DNA of 44,188 nt from a virus (IMGVR_UViG_3300037467_000462:1-44188); one strand, 5' to 3'; counted from the stretch's first letter, positions 1 through 7,715 are shown. The notes: generated from the sequence alone by a model not told the origin. Numbers and translations are program-made.

Positions 1-22
1 TTTCGTCTAAGCGTGCCATCCC

Positions 23-259
23 TTACCCCTCCGCCTTTGGGGGAGAGGCCTCTCCCGTTGTGGCTGCGGAAGGAAAGCTGCACATTTCATTAATTGTCGT
101 TGCCGGGTTCAGTCCCGCCGGTCCTCGATCTCGCGGGACGATGTCAAATCCTCGTGCATGAAGTTCGCGAGCAAGAGACCATCCGTAATCGATGAGATCG
201 CCGCCCGGTTTCGCAGCTTTAGCAGCCTCGCCAAGTCGCCATGCATATTGATTGTTCAT
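23..259 (-). CDS. Hypothetical early protein (haplotype A), same protein as 42680-42916
   Basis: Same 78-aa translation in both copies with only synonymous differences, indicating a real gene. Confidence 0.85.
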   Translation of the reverse strand: MNNQYAWRLGEAAKAAKPGGDLIDYGWSLARELHARGFDIVPRDRGPAGLNPATTINEMCSFPSAATTGEASPPKAEG

Positions 260-351
260 TTGTTTGCTCCTTCGCGCATGGCGATATGCTTGCCCGCTAA
301 ACTATGTTCGGCAATCGCCCTTGCCCCGGCTTCTAGTGCTCGCTGGTTCAT
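256..351 (-). CDS. 31-aa protein MNQRALEAGARAIAEH..., N-terminus shared with 42909-43226
   Basis: Hand translation; ATGA overlaps at both ends. Confidence 0.55.
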   Translation of the reverse strand: MNQRALEAGARAIAEHSLAGKHIAMREGANK

Positions 352-476
352 GGGCGGACTTGCTCCCATCCTGCCACAAGACCATTCCAGATGTTGTGCG
401 CTGTTCGACCCGTCGTTTCCGGCCATATCGATAGGATCATCAGATTTATTAAGACGACAGCCTCAAATGTGCGCAT
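348..476 (-). CDS. 42-aa putative membrane protein MRTFEAVVLINLMILSIW...VAGWEQVRP
   Basis: Hand translation; same-length homologue at 43223-43351; coupled start/stop. Confidence 0.7.
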   Translation of the reverse strand: MRTFEAVVLINLMILSIWPETTGRTAHNIWNGLVAGWEQVRP

Positions 477-922
477 CACCCAACCTCTCTGCTATCGGAG
501 CCATGCTGTGCGACGAAGGCGCGGGCGGCTGTCGCGGCAATGTCGATCTTTGCCAAGACGTTAGCTCCGCTACCTGTCGGCTTAAACTTTCCGTGCAGAT
601 ATTCGATCTGCGCGTCTGCCTCATCCAAGGCCGTGATGTCGCGCGCGATCACCTCGACCGCCTCTGCCGACGCGCGCTCTGCCTGCTCGGCGCGGGATTG
701 CAGCGCGGCATAGTCACGGATTCCGATGAAGCCTATTTCGCCAAGCTGATTACAGAACCATTCGTGCGCGGTAGCCCTCTCAAGAGCAAAGCATTTGGCC
801 CGTAGCCTCTCTATCTCCTTGTCCTTCGCGGCGAGCGAGGCGGCTTGCTGCTCAATGGTGGCGGCGGCGTTGTGACAAAGCGGGGATACCGTAGCCCGCA
901 ACCGTTCAACAATCTCTGTCAT
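476..922 (-). CDS. Ead/Ea22-like coiled-coil early protein (haplotype A)
   Basis: MTEIVERLR...AAATIE...EIERLR pattern; mosaic homologue at 43353-43862. Confidence 0.7.
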   Translation of the reverse strand: MTEIVERLRATVSPLCHNAAATIEQQAASLAAKDKEIERLRAKCFALERATAHEWFCNQLGEIGFIGIRDYAALQSRAEQAERASAEAVEVIARDITALDEADAQIEYLHGKFKPTGSGANVLAKIDIAATAARAFVAQHGSDSREVG

Positions 923-1064
923 AGTCCTGCCATTCCTGTTGTTCGGTCGGTTGTCCGTCGTCGTCAAAATCGGCTTCGCAAAGCAGGCCGCCGCAGATTG
1001 AACAACGCTCAACGTCAAGCATCGTCGGATCGTCCTCAATGCGATCACATTCGGCGCAATACAT
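906..1064 (-). CDS. 52-aa acidic zinc-ribbon protein (CxxC...CxxC)
   Basis: Hand translation MYCAECDR...CSICGG...QEWQDYDRDC; homologue at 43846-44001. Confidence 0.7.
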   Translation of the reverse strand: MYCAECDRIEDDPTMLDVERCSICGGLLCEADFDDDGQPTEQQEWQDYDRDC

Positions 1065-1069
1065 GGCTG

Positions 1070-1348
1070 CTATTCCCCTTCGCGTTGCAAGGCGGATCGG
1101 CGCAACGCATCCGCTTGCCCCGGAGTTGCAATGATCGTTCGACCGTGAAGAACCAGAACGTCAGTCGGCTCGCGGTAGAACCAGATGTAACAAGGCGGGT
1201 TCTTGCGTTTGAATGCCCTGCGCGTGCCTTTGCGGCCGCGCGCTTTGCTCGGCACCTTCGGCCGCACCCAAGGACCGCGAACGTCGCGTGGCGTTCGGCG
1301 TTGTTGTTGCGCATCAACGATATCAACTGTCATGCCGGCATAGTTCAT
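1070..1348 (-). CDS. Hypothetical basic protein
   Basis: ORF track; start trimmed to MNYAG after GGGGAG RBS. Confidence 0.6.
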   Translation of the reverse strand: MNYAGMTVDIVDAQQQRRTPRDVRGPWVRPKVPSKARGRKGTRRAFKRKNPPCYIWFYREPTDVLVLHGRTIIATPGQADALRRSALQREGE

Positions 1349-1349
1349 T

Positions 1350-1601
1350 TCACTTCTCCCCGGCGGCACGAATGGCGGCGGATTTAAGCGCGAGGTAGAT
1401 GTCGCAGCCTTTAACCCCGCGCATACGTTTCAACACGCCGTCGCGAACCATCTTGCCGCAGCGCTTACGCAGCCAGTCGTCGCGGTAACGCCACGAGACG
1501 TGAAAACCATCGGGCCGTCGTGCGAGCGACAGAATGCGTTCTGGCGTCAGCTTGTCTTGCTCATCCCGCTGTCGTCGGCGGCTGAATGGAACGGGTGCCA
1601 T
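1350..1601 (-). CDS. Hypothetical protein, possible winged helix
   Basis: TGATG coupling with upstream gene; start MAPVP. Confidence 0.55.
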   Translation of the reverse strand: MAPVPFSRRRQRDEQDKLTPERILSLARRPDGFHVSWRYRDDWLRKRCGKMVRDGVLKRMRGVKGCDIYLALKSAAIRAAGEK

Positions 1602-2185
1602 CACTGACCTCCGGCGTTGCGGATGGCGGCGGCGATCTCGCGCGCGGTGCGCCCAGCATTCGGCCACGGGCTATCTTCATAGCGTCTGGCAATCTTCGCC
1701 GCTTCCTCGAATGCAGCCGCCCGGATCGCGGCTGCGTCGGGCAGGAGGGCGGATCGCTCAATCACATCCAGGTGTGTCGTGTCGATATCGGTTGTCTCAC
1801 CGTCATACCGACCGTTGCCGCGATGCCGCTGCTCGCCTTCGATAACATCGGCCCACGTCGCTCCGTCTGGAGCTAAATGGAGCCCGACTACCTTCATTGT
1901 CGCGCCGCGCCAATCGGAAAAGTAAGGCGAATGCTCGCTCGTGCGAACGATATCACCGAGTGCAATCCTCTCCCTTGCCGCGCTCGGCGTCGGTGCCGGT
2001 GGGGTGGCGCGAGTGTTCCAGGCTTCGACTACGACATGCCGCTCTGTTCCGATTGCCTCCACATCGCAGCCACACGATTCATTGTCGCAGTGAATTATCG
2101 CGGTCCAACCAGTTTCCGTGACCTCAGGCGGTTCCCCGCAAAACGGGCACGGCAGAAGGCTCGGCGCTTTGGTGTCAGTCGTCAT
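1601..2185 (-). CDS. Lar (restriction alleviation)-like Zn-finger protein with extra C-terminal domain
   Basis: LLPCPFCG...CxxxxCG...VEAWNTRA is the Lar-family signature. Confidence 0.7.
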   Translation of the reverse strand: MTTDTKAPSLLPCPFCGEPPEVTETGWTAIIHCDNESCGCDVEAIGTERHVVVEAWNTRATPPAPTPSAARERIALGDIVRTSEHSPYFSDWRGATMKVVGLHLAPDGATWADVIEGEQRHRGNGRYDGETTDIDTTHLDVIERSALLPDAAAIRAAAFEEAAKIARRYEDSPWPNAGRTAREIAAAIRNAGGQ

Positions 2186-2486
2186 GGGCGTCGTCCTCAT
2201 CTAGATCCGCATCGCGAACGTCGGGAAACTGCTCCATCCCGTATTGGACAAGCATATTCAGCCCGCGCGCGACTTGCTCAGCATCGTGCTTTGCGTAAGC
2301 ATTTGAGCCGCAATCATCGTTCAGCGTGCAGACTGTCCGATAGGTATCGGGCCGCATGTCCGTGACGTGGAACGCAATCGTGCCGTCGTCCCAATCTTCG
2401 CGCTCGACCTCGTAGGGCGCTTTTGGCTGGTACGTGGCGCGCAAGGGGCGCGGCTTGCGCTTGATCTTGATGATCTCGGCGCTCAT
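2175..2486 (-). CDS. Hypothetical protein
   Basis: ORF track; overlaps neighbours in the leftward operon. Confidence 0.65.
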   Translation of the reverse strand: MSAEIIKIKRKPRPLRATYQPKAPYEVEREDWDDGTIAFHVTDMRPDTYRTVCTLNDDCGSNAYAKHDAEQVARGLNMLVQYGMEQFPDVRDADLDEDDAHDD

Positions 2487-2695
2487 GCATCGTCCTCCCG
2501 AACTTCATTGTTCTCAATCAGGACGCGGAATCCTTCACGTATGCGCTCAACTGCATTTCCGATGTATGTCCCGGCTACGCTTCCGGCCGCGAATACGACG
2601 TTTGAATTGAGGGCCAGAGCTACGGATGATCCCGCGTCAATGTCTTCGCCGGCAACGGCCAGTCCAGAGAACAGCTCTTGGATGTTTTCAGGCAT
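2483..2695 (-). CDS. Hypothetical protein (MPENIQ...)
   Basis: ATGA-coupled to downstream gene. Confidence 0.5.
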   Translation of the reverse strand: MPENIQELFSGLAVAGEDIDAGSSVALALNSNVVFAAGSVAGTYIGNAVERIREGFRVLIENNEVREDDA

Positions 2696-2696
2696 C

Positions 2697-2861
2697 TCAA
2701 AACACCTTGATTGCGAAAGAGAGTTTGATGGGCAATTCATTTGCTTGGATTTCGTAATGAACCAGTTGCGGACCTGGGTGCGGTTTCTCGCGAACGGCGA
2801 GTTGCGCCATGTATTCCTCCAAAGCGCGCTCGCATGTTTGCAGATCACAGCACCACGCCAT
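2697..2861 (-). CDS. 54-aa hypothetical protein (MAWCCDLQTCE...)
   Basis: Hand translation; TGATG coupling; fills the operon gap exactly. Confidence 0.5.
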   Translation of the reverse strand: MAWCCDLQTCERALEEYMAQLAVREKPHPGPQLVHYEIQANELPIKLSFAIKVF

Positions 2862-3154
2862 CACTTCCTCTCCATCTTGAACGCGTCGCGAAGGGCGCGG
2901 GCGAAATCATCTTCCCAATCATCGAACGCAGGCCAGTTGGGAGCCCTTCCCGCGCTCGGCGTCGGTGCCGGTGGGGTGGCGCGGGTGTTCCATTGCTTGC
3001 CGTGGTCCCATTCCTCACCAGTCTCAAGGGTGCAGGCGCATGACGTGCATTGATAGAGCGTCGATTGGCGGAGAGTGCCAGCGCGCTCAATCTCGGCTTC
3101 ACCGCCGCAGAACGGACAGGGCTTAAGGCTCGGCGCTTTCGTGTCAGTCGTCAT
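2861..3154 (-). CDS. Second Lar-like Zn-finger protein
   Basis: LKPCPFCGG...CTSC...QWNTRA. Confidence 0.7.
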   Translation of the reverse strand: MTTDTKAPSLKPCPFCGGEAEIERAGTLRQSTLYQCTSCACTLETGEEWDHGKQWNTRATPPAPTPSAGRAPNWPAFDDWEDDFARALRDAFKMERK

Positions 3155-3356
3155 GGGCGGCGTCCTCAATTGTTCCGGCGGTCCAATCGGCCACGCCATG
3201 CTGCGCGGTCAAAGGTCCGAATTTCAGGGTGCAAGATTTGCAGCGCGTAGCTTCGTGGTCTGGCGTCAGTGGCCAGCCGCTAAATCGCAAGGCGTAGCTG
3301 CCGCCCGTCTCGGCTTTGTGGAAACGACCACATGCGTCACAGCGAGGGAAGGTCAT
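3144..3356 (-). CDS. Small zinc-finger protein (CDAC...CKSC)
   Basis: Two CxxC motifs; coupled ends. Confidence 0.6.
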   Translation of the reverse strand: MTFPRCDACGRFHKAETGGSYALRFSGWPLTPDHEATRCKSCTLKFGPLTAQHGVADWTAGTIEDAAHDD

Positions 3357-3550
3357 GATCTGGTATCTCCAAAAACAACAGCGCAGCCGATGCAAAGAGC
3401 GGCGACAATTGCGCCTGCAAAGAAGATATTTTCCTGCATTGCTGGCGAGGCGTGGATTGTAATGGAGATGGCAGCAATAACCCCGATGACGGTCAAAGAC
3501 CCAACGACAATCGCGGTTAGTAGTTTAGCGATAAATTTGATGACTCTCAT
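3353..3550 (-). CDS. Small two-TM membrane protein
   Basis: MRVIKFIAKLLTAIVV... two hydrophobic helices. Confidence 0.65.
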   Translation of the reverse strand: MRVIKFIAKLLTAIVVGSLTVIGVIAAISITIHASPAMQENIFFAGAIVAALCIGCAVVFGDTRS

Positions 3551-4599
3551 CACCGGTTCTCCATCTTGAACGCGTCGAGAAGGGCGCGGGCGAGGTCTTT
3601 GGAATAGCAAGGCTGTCTTACGTAGATGAAGTCCCTCAATTCCTCCACGCTCACCGGCTCCGCAGGGGCGGGGTCTGACGACTGCGGCTTGCCACAATAG
3701 ATGCACTGAAATTCATTGTTCGGACCGTCACCAGCGTAGATGCACGACTGTCCTGTTGCAGAGCACTCGTCAAAACCACCATCAGATTGGTCGCCCCGCG
3801 CCCCGTTGTCGGGTTGGGGTGCGGTCGTCGAGAGGGCTTCACCGCGCGACGGTTGGCGTTCGATATCCGCATCAACGAACTCGTCCAAGTTTGTGAACCG
3901 CAGAACCGATCCGTCCTGTAGATGTTTGCTATACGCTGGCGCACAACCGAGAACGCGCAAGCGATGATACCGCCGGGCATCCACGCTCACCGTTTCTACA
4001 GCCTGCGAGGCAGGAGGTTTCTTCGGATGGTCATGTTCGGTCGGCTGAGTTTCGGCCAACTTGTAGCGCCATCGCGCGCCGCGCTTCGGCCAGCGCCCGA
4101 ACGTCACAACGTCCTTGCCGTCAACCTCGCCCCACCAAAGATACTCTGGCGGTTTCACATGCGCCCGATCAGAACTCCGAGTATCAGTACGACCAGTATC
4201 GCTAGAACTGCCATCCGTCCTGTCAAGCTCAGTGTGTAGTGTGGCATGGTTTTCTCCGTTAGGGTGCATCACCTCGTCACCGGCCTTCACCGGCTCCGGG
4301 GTGAGGGCGGCCTTGGCTGCTAATGAGCGCAGGAATGGCAACAACTTCGCTTCCGGCATCGATCCGGTTTCGACGCGCGGCCCGTAGAACTCGCCGCCAG
4401 CGTTGCGCCACATCGTGCGAAGATCGCTGTCCGACACCGCCCCCGCGCTTGCACCTGCGGCGAGACGTAGGGCCGCTATTACTTCCGCCGACTTCCGGAT
4501 GCCAAGCTGGCGCGGCTTGTCGCCGTGCATCGTGAACAGGCCATCCGACGCCTCGATCCGATCCGCCAGCGCCATCATCTCGGTCTTATCCATTGTCAT
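3550..4599 (-). CDS. Multi-module mosaic early protein
   Basis: 349-aa ORF of short domains separated by Pro/Ala/Ser linkers. Confidence 0.7.
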   Translation of the reverse strand: MTMDKTEMMALADRIEASDGLFTMHGDKPRQLGIRKSAEVIAALRLAAGASAGAVSDSDLRTMWRNAGGEFYGPRVETGSMPEAKLLPFLRSLAAKAALTPEPVKAGDEVMHPNGENHATLHTELDRTDGSSSDTGRTDTRSSDRAHVKPPEYLWWGEVDGKDVVTFGRWPKRGARWRYKLAETQPTEHDHPKKPPASQAVETVSVDARRYHRLRVLGCAPAYSKHLQDGSVLRFTNLDEFVDADIERQPSRGEALSTTAPQPDNGARGDQSDGGFDECSATGQSCIYAGDGPNNEFQCIYCGKPQSSDPAPAEPVSVEELRDFIYVRQPCYSKDLARALLDAFKMENR

Positions 4600-5632
4600 G
4601 CTGAGGCTCCGATTGCTTCGTCTGCCGCGAGGATGAATTGCGCCGCGGGGCGGGGGTCGATGGCATTCCCGAATCCGCGCAACTTACCCACGCGGCCGGA
4701 TACCCCATGAGCCAACAGACGAATTCCGGATTTAACGCGCCTGGCTTTTCCGTCGGCGCCGATGACCCATTCAAAACCGCCGTCTTTAACGCCATCCCGC
4801 CTTCGCGACCCGGAGGCACTTTCGCTCCCGTGCCGTCGTTGGCTCGCGCGGTCGGCCACGTCCCGATCATTCCCGGTAAGCCGTCCGGCCGTCCGTGCGA
4901 ACTCTGGTTCGGCCCGCCGTTCGATCCGTCCGTTGCCCGCGGCGTCGGCCATACCATCCGCCCCAGCAATCCATTCACCGGGACGTTCGGACAATAGCGG
5001 CCATCCTTGTGGTCGCGGGTCGTAGGCGTCGGCCAGGCCGACGCCTGTATCGCCTGCGCCGACAGCTTCGGCTCGCCTCGGCTGTTCACCTTGCCGCCCT
5101 TGCCGCCCTTGCGGTCCAAGGCATCGTCCTGAACCATCGTCTGCCACAAACCAGAATCGGTCCCGTAGGTGGTCCGCACCCGCGCTCGCGGCTTGGACAG
5201 GCATTGCCCCCACGGCGTAGCCCATGGCTTCCAGATCACTTCGCACAAGTCGGAGCCAATCAGTCGCGCTCGCAACCTGCTCTCCAAAGACTGTTGCAGG
5301 TGCGCACTCGCGGATGAGTTCTCGCCAGACGGGCCAAAGGTGGCGCTCATCTGCGAAGCCCTTCTGTTTTCCCGCGAGACTGAACGGCTGACACGGACAG
5401 GAGCCTGTCCAAACAGGTCTGTCGTCAGGCCATCCGGCGAGCCGCAGGGCATAGCTCCACCCGCCAATCCCGGCGAAGAAGTGACATTGGCTGTATCCGG
5501 CAAGATCGTCTGGCCTGACATCGACGATGCTTCTCTCGTCAACGTCTCCTGGTGCGATGAGCCCGGCAGCGATGAGGTTTCGGAGCCATTGTGCTGCGAA
5601 TGGATCAATCTCGTTGTAATAGGCGCGTCCAT
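4586..5632 (-). CDS. Overprinted out-of-frame MTase beta-like chain (motif IX plus repeats); true start uncertain
   Basis: 348-codon stop-free alternative frame ending in LNPEFVCWLMGYPAAW, the motif IX absent from the main frame. Confidence 0.7.
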   Translation of the reverse strand: MDAPITTRLIHSQHNGSETSSLPGSSHQETLTREASSMSGQTILPDTANVTSSPGLAGGAMPCGSPDGLTTDLFGQAPVRVSRSVSRENRRASQMSATFGPSGENSSASAHLQQSLESRLRARLIGSDLCEVIWKPWATPWGQCLSKPRARVRTTYGTDSGLWQTMVQDDALDRKGGKGGKVNSRGEPKLSAQAIQASAWPTPTTRDHKDGRYCPNVPVNGLLGRMVWPTPRATDGSNGGPNQSSHGRPDGLPGMIGTWPTARANDGTGAKVPPGREGGMALKTAVLNGSSAPTEKPGALNPEFVCWLMGYPAAWVSCADSGMPSTPAPRRNSSSRQTKQSEPQHDNG

Positions 5633-5636
5633 TCAC
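4596..5636 (-). CDS. C5-cytosine DNA methyltransferase, catalytic (alpha-like) chain
   Basis: FFAGIGG (I), PCQPFS (IV), EQV (VI), HLRDRFWFVA (VIII), LRGFGNAI (X). Confidence 0.92.
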   Translation of the reverse strand: MNGRAYYNEIDPFAAQWLRNLIAAGLIAPGDVDERSIVDVRPDDLAGYSQCHFFAGIGGWSYALRLAGWPDDRPVWTGSCPCQPFSLAGKQKGFADERHLWPVWRELIRECAPATVFGEQVASATDWLRLVRSDLEAMGYAVGAMPVQAASAGADHLRDRFWFVADDGSGRCLGPQGRQGRQGEQPRRAEAVGAGDTGVGLADAYDPRPQGWPLLSERPGEWIAGADGMADAAGNGRIERRAEPEFARTAGRLTGNDRDVADRASQRRHGSESASGSRRRDGVKDGGFEWVIGADGKARRVKSGIRLLAHGVSGRVGKLRGFGNAIDPRPAAQFILAADEAIGASA

Positions 5637-5962
5637 TCCCCCTTCTCCCCTTGGCGATCACCATTGGACGCCTGACGAGCAGGGTTGCTCGCCTCCCATG
5701 CGGTGAGAGCGGCACGGGCCTTACACTCGGCCTCGACGGCTTGCGTGAACGCGTGAAGCACAGACGTTGACTTGATCGCGTCCGGCGCAATCATCATCGC
5801 GAGCGCGGACTGGCAGGCCCGCAACGCCTCTGCCATCTGCTCCGCAATGTCGGCGCGAACGTATGCGGTGGTCGGATCGGCATAGACGCCTAGTTCGTCC
5901 CACGTGTACGGAGGGCCGTTGCTGACCGTGATCCTCGCCGGCATCTTGCTTGCTTCACTCAT
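5633..5962 (-). CDS. Hypothetical early protein
   Basis: YVRADI...AEALR...KARAAL pattern common in phage early genes; coupled. Confidence 0.6.
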   Translation of the reverse strand: MSEASKMPARITVSNGPPYTWDELGVYADPTTAYVRADIAEQMAEALRACQSALAMMIAPDAIKSTSVLHAFTQAVEAECKARAALTAWEASNPARQASNGDRQGEKGE

Positions 5963-6251
5963 CGGAGCCTCCCGACTTGGAGGTGGCAAGCATTGCATCC
6001 GCGAGGTCGAATGCGGCTTTCGTGATCTGCTCATCGGTAATGTCCGCGACATTGGGCGACCACGGCGTGTAGCTGTTGGCGCAAATGCCCGTCAGCGCCG
6101 CCGCAGCGAAATACTCGCGCTTGGTGAGGCCGCCGACTGGCGCCAGTTCCGGCACCGATGCATACGCATTCGGGCCAACCGCTTGTGTTGTGTAAGCCCC
6201 GGTATGCGCCATGCCGGCGAACGCCGCTCCACCATCATCGATCTTGCTCAT
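5955..6251 (-). CDS. Conserved phage hypothetical protein
   Basis: DGGAAF...GLTKREYFAAAAL...AFDLADAML is a recurrent phage early-gene motif. Confidence 0.75.
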   Translation of the reverse strand: MSKIDDGGAAFAGMAHTGAYTTQAVGPNAYASVPELAPVGGLTKREYFAAAALTGICANSYTPWSPNVADITDEQITKAAFDLADAMLATSKSGGSDE

Positions 6252-6562
6252 CCCAGCACCTCCGAGGTGCGGGTGGAGGGGAGGGCCGGCGCATTCACCT
6301 TCCGCAGGATTTCGTGGGCGAACTCAATAGAGGTCGGGCGGGAGACGATGGGACGGAAGCGGGCGGCACGCCAGCCACGCCGGCATGATGATCCTGGAAA
6401 GAAGGAACCATCTGGGACTTCCACCAAGTAGACGCCAGCATCTCTCCCTTCTGGAGTAATCCCGCGCACGGTGTATACCGCATCGAGCGTTAAGCTATAC
6501 TGCGTATCAACTGCGGCTGGTGACGCATCCACACACACCACCTTCTGCCCAACCCTAAACAT
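6248..6562 (-). CDS. Small beta-barrel-like phage protein
   Basis: MFRVGQKVVCVD...YTVRGI...RFRPIV. Confidence 0.7.
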   Translation of the reverse strand: MFRVGQKVVCVDASPAAVDTQYSLTLDAVYTVRGITPEGRDAGVYLVEVPDGSFFPGSSCRRGWRAARFRPIVSRPTSIEFAHEILRKVNAPALPSTRTSEVLG

Positions 6563-6758
6563 GCGCCATCTCCCCGCGCACAATCTCGTTGTGGCGCTGC
6601 CAGTCGTTCAATGATGTGTTGTCGTTCAATCGCTGCTCGGCAGGCAGGCCGTCGTCCTTGCCTTGCCACCATGCAGCGAGAATGCGGTTGACGGCGGTTT
6701 GACGTTGCCATGCGCTCACCGTCAGCAGGGCGCGGTCTGCGATGTGGTCGGGCGTCAT
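6555..6758 (-). CDS. Hypothetical protein
   Basis: Coupled ORF, start MTPDH. Confidence 0.55.
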   Translation of the reverse strand: MTPDHIADRALLTVSAWQRQTAVNRILAAWWQGKDDGLPAEQRLNDNTSLNDWQRHNEIVRGEMAHV

Positions 6759-6955
6759 GCCACGCGCTCCTCGATCTGCTCCATCAGGTCTGCAATGGCG
6801 GCTTGCTCGGTCGCACCGCGTCCAATCGGACAGGTCGTAAAGAACCCATCGCCGTCGCAATCCACGTCGTATGCGTCATCGTCGATTGCCGACCAGTCCG
6901 ACAGGATGCAGGACGACGTGCGGACCTTGATGCCGTTGATGCGGTGAAAGGTCAT
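6755..6955 (-). CDS. Small acidic hypothetical protein
   Basis: ...DWSAIDDDAYD...PIGRGATEQAAIADL; ATGA coupling. Confidence 0.65.
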   Translation of the reverse strand: MTFHRINGIKVRTSSCILSDWSAIDDDAYDVDCDGDGFFTTCPIGRGATEQAAIADLMEQIEERVA

Positions 6956-7230
6956 GCCGAGCACCCCACATCGACCGACCATTCAGGATCATGGCTGATG
7001 ATATGCGCCATGTTTGACGGCTCAGAATCGGCCGCTGGTGCGATTTCCTCAGTGACCGGCTCCAACCGATAGCCAAGGTACGCGGCCAATTCCCTGACCT
7101 TCTGGATGGCGTGGTTATGGGCGAACACAGCCCAATCGCTGCCGACCTCCTTGCGCGCGTGGCAAATCAGAAATTCTTGCGCCGCCTGATGCGCGATCAG
7201 ATGCGCGGTGTAGTCTCTGAGATCGGGCAT
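6952..7230 (-). CDS. Hypothetical protein
   Basis: Coupled ORF, start MPDLRD. Confidence 0.55.
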   Translation of the reverse strand: MPDLRDYTAHLIAHQAAQEFLICHARKEVGSDWAVFAHNHAIQKVRELAAYLGYRLEPVTEEIAPAADSEPSNMAHIISHDPEWSVDVGCSA

Positions 7231-7619
7231 CACATCCCCCATCCAGCACGGCCGGGCAGCAGCTCGTTGCGATAGGCGGCCTCGGCCCGGCATTCAATGC
7301 GATGGTTGGCGAGCGCGCCCGGCGCGTTGTCGTCTACAAATTCACGCTGCCAGTCGTTCAAGTCGGCGTAGTCGGTATCCGACAGGATGAGGAACGCGGC
7401 ATCGCGTAGAATGTCGGCGGTCACATCGTTACAAACGTGTTCGACCGGATTGCATTCGAGAACCTGGACGACGCCATCGAATTGGCCGGTTGCTATATCG
7501 CGAACAGTGGTCGCCCGGTCCATGTCCGACAGGTTGCGCTCCGGTGCATAGGTGCCGGGACCGCAGAGGACAAAATAGACCATGTGATCTTCGATGATGT
7601 TGATGCGCGGCTGGCTCAT
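7230..7619 (-). CDS. First gene of the leftward (PL) operon, hypothetical
   Basis: ORF track; immediately downstream of OL. Confidence 0.7.
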   Translation of the reverse strand: MSQPRINIIEDHMVYFVLCGPGTYAPERNLSDMDRATTVRDIATGQFDGVVQVLECNPVEHVCNDVTADILRDAAFLILSDTDYADLNDWQREFVDDNAPGALANHRIECRAEAAYRNELLPGRAGWGM

Positions 7620-7660
7620 ACTCTTGCCCCATCGGTGCGTTGGTTGTGTTTGCCTCTTGC

Positions 7661-7715
7661 ATTATGAAAGCATAGCTTACAGGTCGGTGCAAGCAAAAAG
7701 AAAGCATTGCTTACA
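7661..7715 (-). promoter_or_regulatory. PL promoter region with two 17-bp operators (7665-7681, 7699-7715)
   Basis: TGAAAGCATAGCTTACA and AGAAAGCATTGCTTACA match the OR palindrome TGTAAG-N5-CTTACA. Confidence 0.8.

Larger units (their letters stand above)
12..1251. repeat. Mosaic imperfect copy (haplotype A) of 42669-44188; 1125-1251 identical to 44062-44188
   Basis: Direct comparison: 12-136 = 42669-42793, 864-965 = 43804-43905, 1125-1251 = 44062-44188; intervening segments diverged or unrelated. Confidence 0.95.

Noticed and set aside
12-259. DGR template/variable repeat pair with 42669-42916
   Set aside because: No reverse transcriptase; mismatches are synonymous and not adenine-specific.
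158-805. 215-aa plus-strand ORF (and 43266-43991)
   Set aside because: Antisense shadow of coupled minus-strand genes whose frame is supported by the haplotype comparison.
1-1251. True direct terminal repeat
   Set aside because: The copies are mosaic, and the exact match is a 127-nt block at an internal position, typical of an assembly overlap.
1978-3593. CRISPR array, integron attC array or shufflon
   Set aside because: The repeats are three different protein-coding direct pairs with gene-sized spacing; no palindromic attC structure, inverted sites, cas genes or invertase.
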